A DNA stretch of 32,000 bases from an uncultured archaeon (GTDB taxonomy: Archaea; Asgardarchaeota; Jordiarchaeia; Jordiarchaeales; Jordiarchaeaceae): positions 4,737 through 36,736 of the forward strand of contig CAZECW010000025.1 of NCBI GenBank assembly GCA_964510585.1, given 5' to 3'. Position 1 is the first letter of the stretch, and the number at the start of each line of letters is the position of its first letter. The position numbers and the translations under genes were made by a program. Below the pieces are notes generated by a model that was not told the DNA's origin, searched no databases, and worked only from the letters and a program-made list of their open reading frames with translations. Of this stretch, positions 8,259 through 16,229 are shown one piece after another.

Positions 8259-9545
8259 GTGAAGGCTAGGGTTGTTGTTGAGGATGTTTCGGAAATTAGA
8301 GAGTCTTTGCTCCGGGTTTTTGATGCTTTTGGTGGTGTTGAGGAGTTTGTTAAGCCTGATTCTAAGGTTTTCATAAAGTATAATGGTGTCCACTTTGGTA
8401 GGGTGATGTATACTGATCCTAGGGTTATAGGTGAGATGGTTAGTATTGCTAGGGAATTTACTGTGGATAAGGTTTATGTGATGGAGAATTCTACTCAGGG
8501 CAATTTTACTCGTATGGTCGCTGAGGTTAGTGGTATTGCTCAAATTGTTGAGGAGAGGGGGGGTGAGAATCTGTACTTGGATGAGCAGAAGCCGGTTATG
8601 GTGGAGATGGGTGATGAGCGTATTCCTACTAAGTTTCCTGAGATTTTGTATGATAACCTTATTCGCAGGAAGGGTAGCAATGTTCTGATTAATATTCCCA
8701 AGCTTAAGACGCATTGGGAGACTACTGTTACGCTGGGCATTAAGTGTTTTCAGGGGCTTCTTTATGATTGCGATAAGCTTGTGAATCATAATTATAAGTT
8801 GCATCAGAAGCTTGTGGATACTGTAAAGTTTATTCGTCCGGATTTTACGATTATTGAGGGTATTACTGCCACCCGGTTTGGCCATTTTCCCCCCGAGACT
8901 TTGCTTTCGGAGTGTGTGGTTCCATTGAATATTTTTATTGCTTCGAATGATGTGGTTGCATGTGATACAGTGGGTGCGAAAATTCTGGGTTATGATGTTG
9001 AAGAGGTGAAACATATTAAGCTTGCCGCGGAGCAGGGACTAGGGATCGGTGACCTTAAAGATATTGAAATTATCGGTGACATTTCGCGTTTCAGAGAGCG
9101 TTTCCCATATACCCCCTGTAGGGACTGCCCCAGTGAGGTGCGCTTTATTAGGGGGAGGGAGATGGCCTGTGTGGAGGGCTGCTATGGAAACACATTATTG
9201 GCTCTCCTCTATTTCTGGTACGATTTTAAAGGTGAGGGCGGCTTTAACATTATTGCAGGTAAGGGTGTTAGTGAGGACGAACTGGACAACCTTCTGCCCG
9301 GGGACATTTTAATCGTTGGGCCTTGCACAATTGAAGAGAACTTGGACAGGATTCGTGAAAAGTATCCTGAACGCAAAATTTATACTATACCTGAATGTAA
9401 CGATATTGCCAAAATTACTGCGTATCTGTGTGCCATGATGAAAATTGATGTTCTTAGCATGATTCCAATGGACACGAATAAAACGCTCGAAATAATACAA
9501 CAGGCCCTGCAACATGGATTAGACGCAAATCTTCCCCTCCTCTAA
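8259..9545 (+). CDS. DUF362-domain protein with Cys-containing C-terminal extension (probable Fe-S protein)
   Basis: VFIKYN, ENST, INIPKLKTH..T.VTLGIKCFQG and NDVVACD motifs, plus a C-terminal CVEGCYG. Start is placed at GTG 8259 after GGGGTGG; the ORF track starts at 8241. Confidence 0.78.
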   Translation: MKARVVVEDVSEIRESLLRVFDAFGGVEEFVKPDSKVFIKYNGVHFGRVMYTDPRVIGEMVSIAREFTVDKVYVMENSTQGNFTRMVAEVSGIAQIVEERGGENLYLDEQKPVMVEMGDERIPTKFPEILYDNLIRRKGSNVLINIPKLKTHWETTVTLGIKCFQGLLYDCDKLVNHNYKLHQKLVDTVKFIRPDFTIIEGITATRFGHFPPETLLSECVVPLNIFIASNDVVACDTVGAKILGYDVEEVKHIKLAAEQGLGIGDLKDIEIIGDISRFRERFPYTPCRDCPSEVRFIRGREMACVEGCYGNTLLALLYFWYDFKGEGGFNIIAGKGVSEDELDNLLPGDILIVGPCTIEENLDRIREKYPERKIYTIPECNDIAKITAYLCAMMKIDVLSMIPMDTNKTLEIIQQALQHGLDANLPLL

Positions 9546-9734
9546 AAGCTCATCCTTATTGGGCGGCCCCTCCCCCCTTTGTGTTTTAATCCCCTTCTCC
9601 CTAGTTTCTCCCTTTTTATAAAGTATGATAAATGCTTAAATATGGAAAATAGATATGGTTAATTTAATTTGCACATGTATATAGAATTAGTGTTACACCC
9701 CTCTGAGATAAAGCTAGTTGAGGGTTGAGTTGGT

Positions 9735-10955
9735 ATGACAAAAATTTTCTTCACCAAAGAAGAATTACGTTTCAGAGAGGAAGTTCGGGAATTCGCAAGA
9801 AGAGAGATAGCTCCATATGCCGACGATGTTGAAAAAGGAATGTATCCAGGGCCGCTCCTGAAGAAAATTGCTGAGGCGGGATACATGAGACAGCTGCATC
9901 CAATTGAGTACGGTGGAACCAACAAGGGCTTGGTGTACGAGATGATTGTCGCCGAGGAGATTGCTGCAGTTAGTGCACCCACCGATATGTCGCGTACTGC
10001 TTCATCTACACTATGTGCGATTCCCATATCTCGATTCGGTACTGATGAACAGAAAAGAAAGTACCTGACACCTATAATAAGGGGAGAAATGATTGGGGCA
10101 ATAGGCATTACAGAGCCAGATGTGGGGTCTGATACTGCTGGCATGAAAACTCGCGCAATAAGAGATGGAGATGAGTATGTCATCAATGGTGAGAAGAGAT
10201 TTATAACGAATGGGGCGGATGCGGATATTATTACTCTATTTGCCATTTCGAATCCGGAAGTGCCAGCGAAGCGGGGCGCTAGTGCTTTTATTTTTCCAAC
10301 AGATACAGAAGGATTTAAGGTTGAGAAGGTTTACAACCTTCTGGGTATGCACGGTATGCGCATTGCACATTTGAAGTTTGAGAATTGCCGTATCCCCGCT
10401 GAAAATCTTCTTGGTAAGGAGGGTATGGGTTTTAATATCCTTATGGACGAGTTGGACACTGAGAGGATTTCTATTGCAGCAGAGATGATTGGAATTGCCC
10501 GGGCAGCATTTGAGATAGCCGTGAAATACTCCACCGAGCGTGTGCAGTTCAATAGGCCAATTAACTGGTTTGAGGGGGTAAGTTTTAAGATTGCTGATAT
10601 GGCTACCCAGCTAGATGCGGCGGAGCTTTTAACTCTACGTGCAGCACGGATGGTAAATCGTGGTGAAAATGCCAGCAAGGAATCAGCTATGGCTAAGGTG
10701 TTTGCAGTAGACCACGCCTTTGAAATTTGTAATCAGGCACTACAAATACTGGGCGGCATCGGGTACACAACCGAATACCCTGTTGAACGCTATTTAAGGG
10801 ATGTTAGGATTGGTATGATTGGCGGCGGGACGTCGGAAATAATGAGGTTTCTGATTCAGAGAGAGGTCTATAGGGAATTTGAGCAAAAGGCGGGAAAGGA
10901 GAAGCAAGCTATACCTGTTGAAGTTTCAAGCACTTCTGGCAGAGAGAACCCCTAA
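9735..10955 (+). CDS. Acyl-CoA dehydrogenase
   Basis: AIGITEPDVGSD, YVINGEKRFITNG, ERISIAA, RVQFNRPI, QILGGIGYT and GGGTSEIMR. Confidence 0.95.
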   Translation: MTKIFFTKEELRFREEVREFARREIAPYADDVEKGMYPGPLLKKIAEAGYMRQLHPIEYGGTNKGLVYEMIVAEEIAAVSAPTDMSRTASSTLCAIPISRFGTDEQKRKYLTPIIRGEMIGAIGITEPDVGSDTAGMKTRAIRDGDEYVINGEKRFITNGADADIITLFAISNPEVPAKRGASAFIFPTDTEGFKVEKVYNLLGMHGMRIAHLKFENCRIPAENLLGKEGMGFNILMDELDTERISIAAEMIGIARAAFEIAVKYSTERVQFNRPINWFEGVSFKIADMATQLDAAELLTLRAARMVNRGENASKESAMAKVFAVDHAFEICNQALQILGGIGYTTEYPVERYLRDVRIGMIGGGTSEIMRFLIQREVYREFEQKAGKEKQAIPVEVSSTSGRENP

Positions 10956-11370
10956 GGATTAATCCTCTAGTTAAACTTTTTTTGCTCCCTTCTTGACAGT
11001 ATCCCTAGGAGGATTTCTTGTTTCCTACGGTACTGGGAGCGGCTTCCACACCACTTTTCATATATGGAAGGAAAATCAGGAAATAGTAGCAAGTCTGACA
11101 CTGGCAAACGGCTCTTTTTTGGTTGGCGTTTCTTGGATGTCTGTTTTTAACAGGATTTTAAACCCGATATTTTTACTGGGGATATATACAAACTTTTAAT
11201 AAAACATTTAAATTATGGGGGATGACTGAATAAGTGGTATAATTTATGTTTCGCCTGCGTGAAAAGATATTAGAATTAGGTTTTGAGTAGTGTTTCAAAG
11301 TTGATTTGGATAGTTTGGAAAAATGGGTACCCTGAGAGCTGATTTAATGTTTTGCTGGAGTTGAACGTTT

Positions 11371-11877
11371 ATGGTTTTGCGAGAAAGCTTGAATAAATTG
11401 ACTCCGGAGAAGGAGATTGAGTTTCTTCGCGGAGCCTATTTTGGTGTGGATGGAGTTTGGTTTCTGGTTTGTGAGGATGAATATGATTTTGATGAGGCTC
11501 TTTACTTAGATGGTGAGGTTTGGAAACGTTTCGCTAAAATCCTGGCGAAGAGGGTGAAGAGATTATTTGATGTTGAGGGCGAGGATGCGGAAACTGTGGC
11601 TGACACCCTTGCTTTACGCTGGACTATGGAAAAATGGGAATTTGAGGTTTTAGAGTATAGTGCAAAGAGGAGTGTACTACGGGTTACAAGTTGTCCTTGG
11701 CTTGAGGGGTTAAAAAAGTCCAATAGGGAGAAATTTATACCTAAAATATGCGACCCAGTTTGCGAGATTGTTTATCACAGCTGGGCGGAAGCCATTAACC
11801 CAAAAATCGAGGTAGAGAAACCGAAAACGAGGGGAAAAGGAGACACGTATTGCGATTTCATATTTACTCTAAAGTAA
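11371..11877 (+). CDS. DUF6125 / ATC-hydrolase-like (V4R/HNOX-like fold) protein
   Basis: DGVWFL.CED.Y..DEAL.LD.EVW, CPW...C...C...WAEAINP...C.FIF pattern. Confidence 0.6.
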   Translation: MVLRESLNKLTPEKEIEFLRGAYFGVDGVWFLVCEDEYDFDEALYLDGEVWKRFAKILAKRVKRLFDVEGEDAETVADTLALRWTMEKWEFEVLEYSAKRSVLRVTSCPWLEGLKKSNREKFIPKICDPVCEIVYHSWAEAINPKIEVEKPKTRGKGDTYCDFIFTLK

Positions 11878-11956
11878 TAGTTTCAGGTTGGGGCAAAGAT
11901 AGGTTAAAGAAGAAATTGATATTTTATGCTACACCTTTCTTATGGTGGTGATGTAG

Positions 11957-12367
11957 ATGTCGCTTGGCGGCAAGATAAGAAACTTTCTGGGCGACGATCC
12001 TAAGAAGCTTGTTGATGAAATACTCAAGAGCATGAAAGAAGAGTATGGTGAAATTCCCTTTATTGCAAAATCTATGAGTAGTCAGAGACCAGAAGCATTT
12101 ATTTTCAATGCCCTACAAACCCTATTTATATTGAAAAGGCCTAAAGCAGTTCCTCAAAAAACAGCGGAGCTCTTAGCCATCGCAGCCGCTACCGCCATTG
12201 GATGCGAACACTGTATAGATTTTCATATAAGGGCCGCTATGCGCCTTGGAGTGTCCAAGGATGAAATATTTGACGCCATAATGGTTGCCGGCCTAATCTC
12301 TCAGACGTCAAAATTAGCCGTAGGCCTAAGAAAGCTGGAGAGGGCTTCCCTATCAGATTCACCTTAG
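11957..12367 (+). CDS. Carboxymuconolactone decarboxylase / AhpD-like protein with CxxC
   Basis: KTAELLAIAAATAIGCEHCIDFHIRAAMRLGVSKDEI. Its stop overlaps the convergent glpC stop by 4 nt. Confidence 0.85.
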   Translation: MSLGGKIRNFLGDDPKKLVDEILKSMKEEYGEIPFIAKSMSSQRPEAFIFNALQTLFILKRPKAVPQKTAELLAIAAATAIGCEHCIDFHIRAAMRLGVSKDEIFDAIMVAGLISQTSKLAVGLRKLERASLSDSP

Positions 12368-13497
12368 GGTTCCTTATGGAAGTGGTTTCCAGCGAATAAT
12401 TCAGCTATATCCACTATCTTAATTTTGCTCCGAGATTTCAATAGATTTTGCAGACAGGAGGGGCAAGATGTGATTATAGCATCAACTCTTAACTTTTCCG
12501 CCTCATCTATTTTGAGTTCCGCAGCATTCCGAGCAGTTTCTTGGTCGTAGGCTCTCAATAAACCTCCTCCCCCACAACATATCGCTTCGTCCTTGCACTG
12601 ATTGTATTCCTCAAGCTTCAACCCCGGAATACTTTTAAGCGCTCTTCGCGGCTCTTCTATTACCCCACATCCCCGAGCTAGTTCACAAGGATCTTGGTAA
12701 ACTACACGTAGGTCACCCACAGATTCTGGTTTAATTTTTCCCTCCTCCACGAGTCTGGATATGAACTGGGTTATATGTTCCACTTTGAAGGGAACTTCAG
12801 TGATTTTGGGGTAAACATCTCTCCACATTCTAAAACAGGCGGGACACGATGTTACCAATGTCTTTATTTTGAGATCCTTGAAGGCCTTCACGTTTTCTTC
12901 TATAATTTTTTTCGCTTGCCCCAGTCTTCCCGCCATAAGTAGGGGAGCCGCACAGCAGTTCTCATCGGGGCCTAGAATTGTGAAGTCTACGTTTGCCTTT
13001 CGGAAGATTTTTATGGTCGCCAAAGGAATTCTTGCAGCGGAGGGGCTATATGCAGAGTTGCAGCCAACAAAATACCCTACCTCAGCTGGAACCTTCACCC
13101 TGTCTTCCACCGGCTCTTCTGATTCGTAAGTCCACATCAACCAGTCCTCCCTCTCTGCTCCATGGACATTTCCACTATCCTGAATATTATCTACTACTTG
13201 TTTTACATTTGTGGGAAGCTCATCTTCCCCTAATTGACTTCTAAGGTACTCAACGACTAGGGGAACCGGGACGCCTCTGGGACAGACCTTCACACAAGCC
13301 ATGCACAGGGTGCAGTTAAAGGAGTTTTTGGCAGAGTGCTTCTCTCTCTCTGGGGTTCTGAAGCCCTCGGAGGCAAAATATCTAGAGTTTACTGGTGAAC
13401 TTGCTCTGGCCACAGGGCAGAAGGCGATGCAGGTGCCACATCTTATACATTTGTCTGTTTTTTTGAGAAGTTCGGCTTTTTCACCCAATTCTAGCAT
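12364..13497 (-). CDS. glpC: GlpC/HdrD-like Fe-S subunit (2x[4Fe-4S] plus two CCG domains)
   Basis: CIRCGTCIAFCP and CTLCMACVKVCP; CCG domains YFVGC...ENCC...TSCPAC and YQDPC...ICCGGGG...TSCPSC. Last gene of the glp operon; 7-nt overlap with glpB. Confidence 0.75.
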   Translation of the reverse strand: MLELGEKAELLKKTDKCIRCGTCIAFCPVARASSPVNSRYFASEGFRTPEREKHSAKNSFNCTLCMACVKVCPRGVPVPLVVEYLRSQLGEDELPTNVKQVVDNIQDSGNVHGAEREDWLMWTYESEEPVEDRVKVPAEVGYFVGCNSAYSPSAARIPLATIKIFRKANVDFTILGPDENCCAAPLLMAGRLGQAKKIIEENVKAFKDLKIKTLVTSCPACFRMWRDVYPKITEVPFKVEHITQFISRLVEEGKIKPESVGDLRVVYQDPCELARGCGVIEEPRRALKSIPGLKLEEYNQCKDEAICCGGGGLLRAYDQETARNAAELKIDEAEKLRVDAIITSCPSCLQNLLKSRSKIKIVDIAELFAGNHFHKEP

Positions 13498-14651
13498 CCC
13501 CTCAAATATTTTATTACTTCAACTGCTGATGAGTATCCTGTACATAGGGATGTTCCCAATCCTGTCATGTAATTTTCTGAAATGGCTGAACAGGCAGCAA
13601 AAATATTCTTAAAGCTCTTCCCGTTAAAGACAAGTCTCATCTTTCTATCAGTTTTAAAATACTCTCTTGCCTGTAGATTTAGGGATGCTTGAAAACCGTT
13701 TCCACCCTTTATATTGATTGTATCACTCATTAATTGTCCAGTGGCTATTATGACCACCTTGGACCATATTTCCTGTTTAGTATCATTTTCCACTATTTTG
13801 ATTTTGCAGCCTTTTCCTGTATCCTTTATCTCAGTCGACTGCCATCCTAGTTTAATTTCAACTCCATTCTCTATACATGGCTTTTCTAGCAATTGTTGTA
13901 GTCTTAGTCCGGGAACAGAAGGCGGGAAGGACATAGTTTCAAAAACCTTAGTTCCCAAACTGTCTTCAAACTCATGTATGATCTCCTCTGTTCGACGCAA
14001 ACCTAGAACTGGGGGAAACGCCAAATAATCATAGCTTCCCAAATTAAGCCCATTCAGACTTTTGATTATATCCTCACTATTAGATTCCAGCAAGAGCGCC
14101 AGCGGTACTGGTTGAATTTCGCTCCTATCCAGTTTTACATAGTCTGCGGCCACTCCCCAAATCTCTCTTAGTGAACGAGCGATTAAAGCTGGGGTGTGGT
14201 TTACCAGGTGGCGGAAACCAACTACCAAAACCTTGGAGCCTTCAAGGTTATCTCTTGTTCCCCTCATTATGCTGGACTGAGCCAATAGAGTGGGTTTAAA
14301 CAGTCCTAGGGGAGTTAAAAGAGTCTCATTTGTTTCCAGATTTCCCTCATACCTAATAAAAGAATCATACTTCTCTCTAAACTCCCGAAAAGCTTCCAAA
14401 ATTCTTTCCACGCCAACTATAGCGTAAGGGTGGCTGGGATTCCTACTAACAAAATCTTTCAGCACTTCCAAGGGCTTTTTGACATCCCTACCGTTAAAAT
14501 ACCCCAGAAAATCTATGGTTCCTGATGAAAGCACTGTGCTGCCTAGACCGGATGCAACCACCATAGTGGGGAGCTTCGCCTCGCTGGTTTTTCTGGCAGC
14601 CACCAGACCTGCCATACCACAGCCAATCACAGCTACATCAACTTCATGCAT
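13491..14651 (-). CDS. glpB: Anaerobic glycerol-3-phosphate dehydrogenase subunit B
   Basis: DVAVIGCGMAGLVAA, SSGTIDFLG, TPLG.FKPT, FPPVLG and PPSVPGLRLQ. Located between glpA and glpC. Confidence 0.87.
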   Translation of the reverse strand: MHEVDVAVIGCGMAGLVAARKTSEAKLPTMVVASGLGSTVLSSGTIDFLGYFNGRDVKKPLEVLKDFVSRNPSHPYAIVGVERILEAFREFREKYDSFIRYEGNLETNETLLTPLGLFKPTLLAQSSIMRGTRDNLEGSKVLVVGFRHLVNHTPALIARSLREIWGVAADYVKLDRSEIQPVPLALLLESNSEDIIKSLNGLNLGSYDYLAFPPVLGLRRTEEIIHEFEDSLGTKVFETMSFPPSVPGLRLQQLLEKPCIENGVEIKLGWQSTEIKDTGKGCKIKIVENDTKQEIWSKVVIIATGQLMSDTINIKGGNGFQASLNLQAREYFKTDRKMRLVFNGKSFKNIFAACSAISENYMTGLGTSLCTGYSSAVEVIKYLRGC

Positions 14652-16221
14652 CCTCTTTACCTCGGTGTCTTATGTTTCCCACCATCTCAAACATGACTTT
14701 GGCGAACATGAGTTGCCTAAGTTGGTCTCCCCTAAGTATGTGAGCAACCTTCCACTGTTCATCTAGGAACTCGACTAGTGAATTCAAAGCTTGTTGCGCC
14801 GAAAATTTGAGGTCTTCAACCATGACTTCTGCGGCGCGATGCACGCAGAGTTGGCCTTGGCAGGTTCCCATACCCAATCTGGTGCGCCTTTTGACATCTC
14901 TCAAGTTCTTAGCGAATAATGCTTCAAAACTGTGAACTATCTCTGCTCTGGAAACTAGACTACACTCGCATATTAAGCCAGGTTTCTGAGGCATTGCCGA
15001 CGACATTGTACCATACTTATTAATAATCTCTTTAGCGGTTAAGGAGTTAACTTGAAAACGCCTTTGAATCTCCTCAAGTGGTGGCGGGGGCCCCTCACTT
15101 CCAAGGATTGGCTCCTCTGCAGTTCTACAATTTGCTCTAATTCCCAGCTTCTCACAAACTAGGTCCGCTGTCTTTTCAGCCATAAGCCTATAAGTGGTGA
15201 GTTTCCCTCCCGTAATTGTTACAAACCCTTCCACTCCATCTTCCTCATGGTCAACTAATAACATTCCACGTGTAGCTGTACGTCCCGAACCCTCCCCAAA
15301 AAGAGGGCGAACCCCCGAGAAAGCTCTTATAATCCGAGATTCTGCAACAATGGGAATCATCTCCTCCCCCTCCTTCATAATTTTTTCAACCTCCTCATTT
15401 TCTGGAAGAATGTTATCCGGGTTTTCTACGAAGGTTGAGGTAGTTCCCAAAATCATTGTAGAATAGTGGGGTACGATTATGTCTCCATCCGAGGGGTAAC
15501 GGAGATGATTAATCACATGATTTATTACTCGATTATTGAGAACTACTAGAGTACCCTTGTTAGGTCTAATATTCAGCTTTATTCCCACTTGCCTCGCAAC
15601 AATACCTGCCCAGGCTCCAGTAGCATTAACCACAATTTCAGAAAAATACTTTTCACTCTTCCCGTTTCTCAACACCTCAACGCCTACAACTGCTCCATCA
15701 CTTAATATGGGTCTGGCGCTGGTGTAGTTTAGAGCTTCGGCCCCATTCTGCAGTGCAGAAAGCACGTTGGAGACGACAAGTAAGAAGGGATCTATGGAGC
15801 CATCATTAACCCAAACCGCAGCTTTAATATTTTTGGTCAGAAAGGGCTCCTTCTCTAATGCTTCTTCAACTGTTATTTCTCTATGTTCAACTTTGGTTTT
15901 GCTACAACCTTTAAGAAAAGAATCTAAATATTCCAAGTCCTCATTTCTGGTTGCTACAAATAGCCCCCCAGTATCCTCAATGGTATGCTTGGCAATCCTT
16001 CTGAGAATAATATTTTCCATGGCGCATTCTTGCGCTGACTCAGGGTCACTGATTACGTAGCGTGCCCCACTGTGCAAAAGTCCATGATTTTTGCCTGAGG
16101 CTTCTGAGGCTAAGTCTCCTCTATCAACAAGTAGGGTGCGCACTCCCCTTAGCGATAAGTCTCTTAGAACACCACTTCCTACTACTCCTCCGCCTATAAC
16201 AATTACATCAAATTTTGACAT
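14644..16221 (-). CDS. glpA: Anaerobic glycerol-3-phosphate dehydrogenase subunit A (FAD) with C-terminal BFD-like [2Fe-2S] domain
   Basis: IGGGVVG, ASGKNHGLLHSGARY, GVRPL, GGKLTTYRLMAE and CEC...RTRLGMGTCQGQLC. Confidence 0.93.
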   Translation of the reverse strand: MSKFDVIVIGGGVVGSGVLRDLSLRGVRTLLVDRGDLASEASGKNHGLLHSGARYVISDPESAQECAMENIILRRIAKHTIEDTGGLFVATRNEDLEYLDSFLKGCSKTKVEHREITVEEALEKEPFLTKNIKAAVWVNDGSIDPFLLVVSNVLSALQNGAEALNYTSARPILSDGAVVGVEVLRNGKSEKYFSEIVVNATGAWAGIVARQVGIKLNIRPNKGTLVVLNNRVINHVINHLRYPSDGDIIVPHYSTMILGTTSTFVENPDNILPENEEVEKIMKEGEEMIPIVAESRIIRAFSGVRPLFGEGSGRTATRGMLLVDHEEDGVEGFVTITGGKLTTYRLMAEKTADLVCEKLGIRANCRTAEEPILGSEGPPPPLEEIQRRFQVNSLTAKEIINKYGTMSSAMPQKPGLICECSLVSRAEIVHSFEALFAKNLRDVKRRTRLGMGTCQGQLCVHRAAEVMVEDLKFSAQQALNSLVEFLDEQWKVAHILRGDQLRQLMFAKVMFEMVGNIRHRGKEDA

Positions 16222-16229
16222 AGTGATCT

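Noticed and set aside
4786-9014. Long antisense ORFs 4786-5268, 5746-6765 (+) and 7546-8106, 8178-9014 (-)
   Set aside because: They are rich in Thr/Asn/Pro/His/Gln/Ile and lie opposite well-supported genes. They are explained by the T-poor, A/C-rich strand lacking stop codons.
10955-10966. Palindrome AGGATTAATCCT at the ACAD stop
   Set aside because: Loopless 12-mer with no supporting context; may be chance or part of a terminator.
10993-11199. 68-aa ORF downstream of the acyl-CoA dehydrogenase
   Set aside because: TTG start without SD, no recognisable motif, and it overlaps a likely terminator/promoter region.
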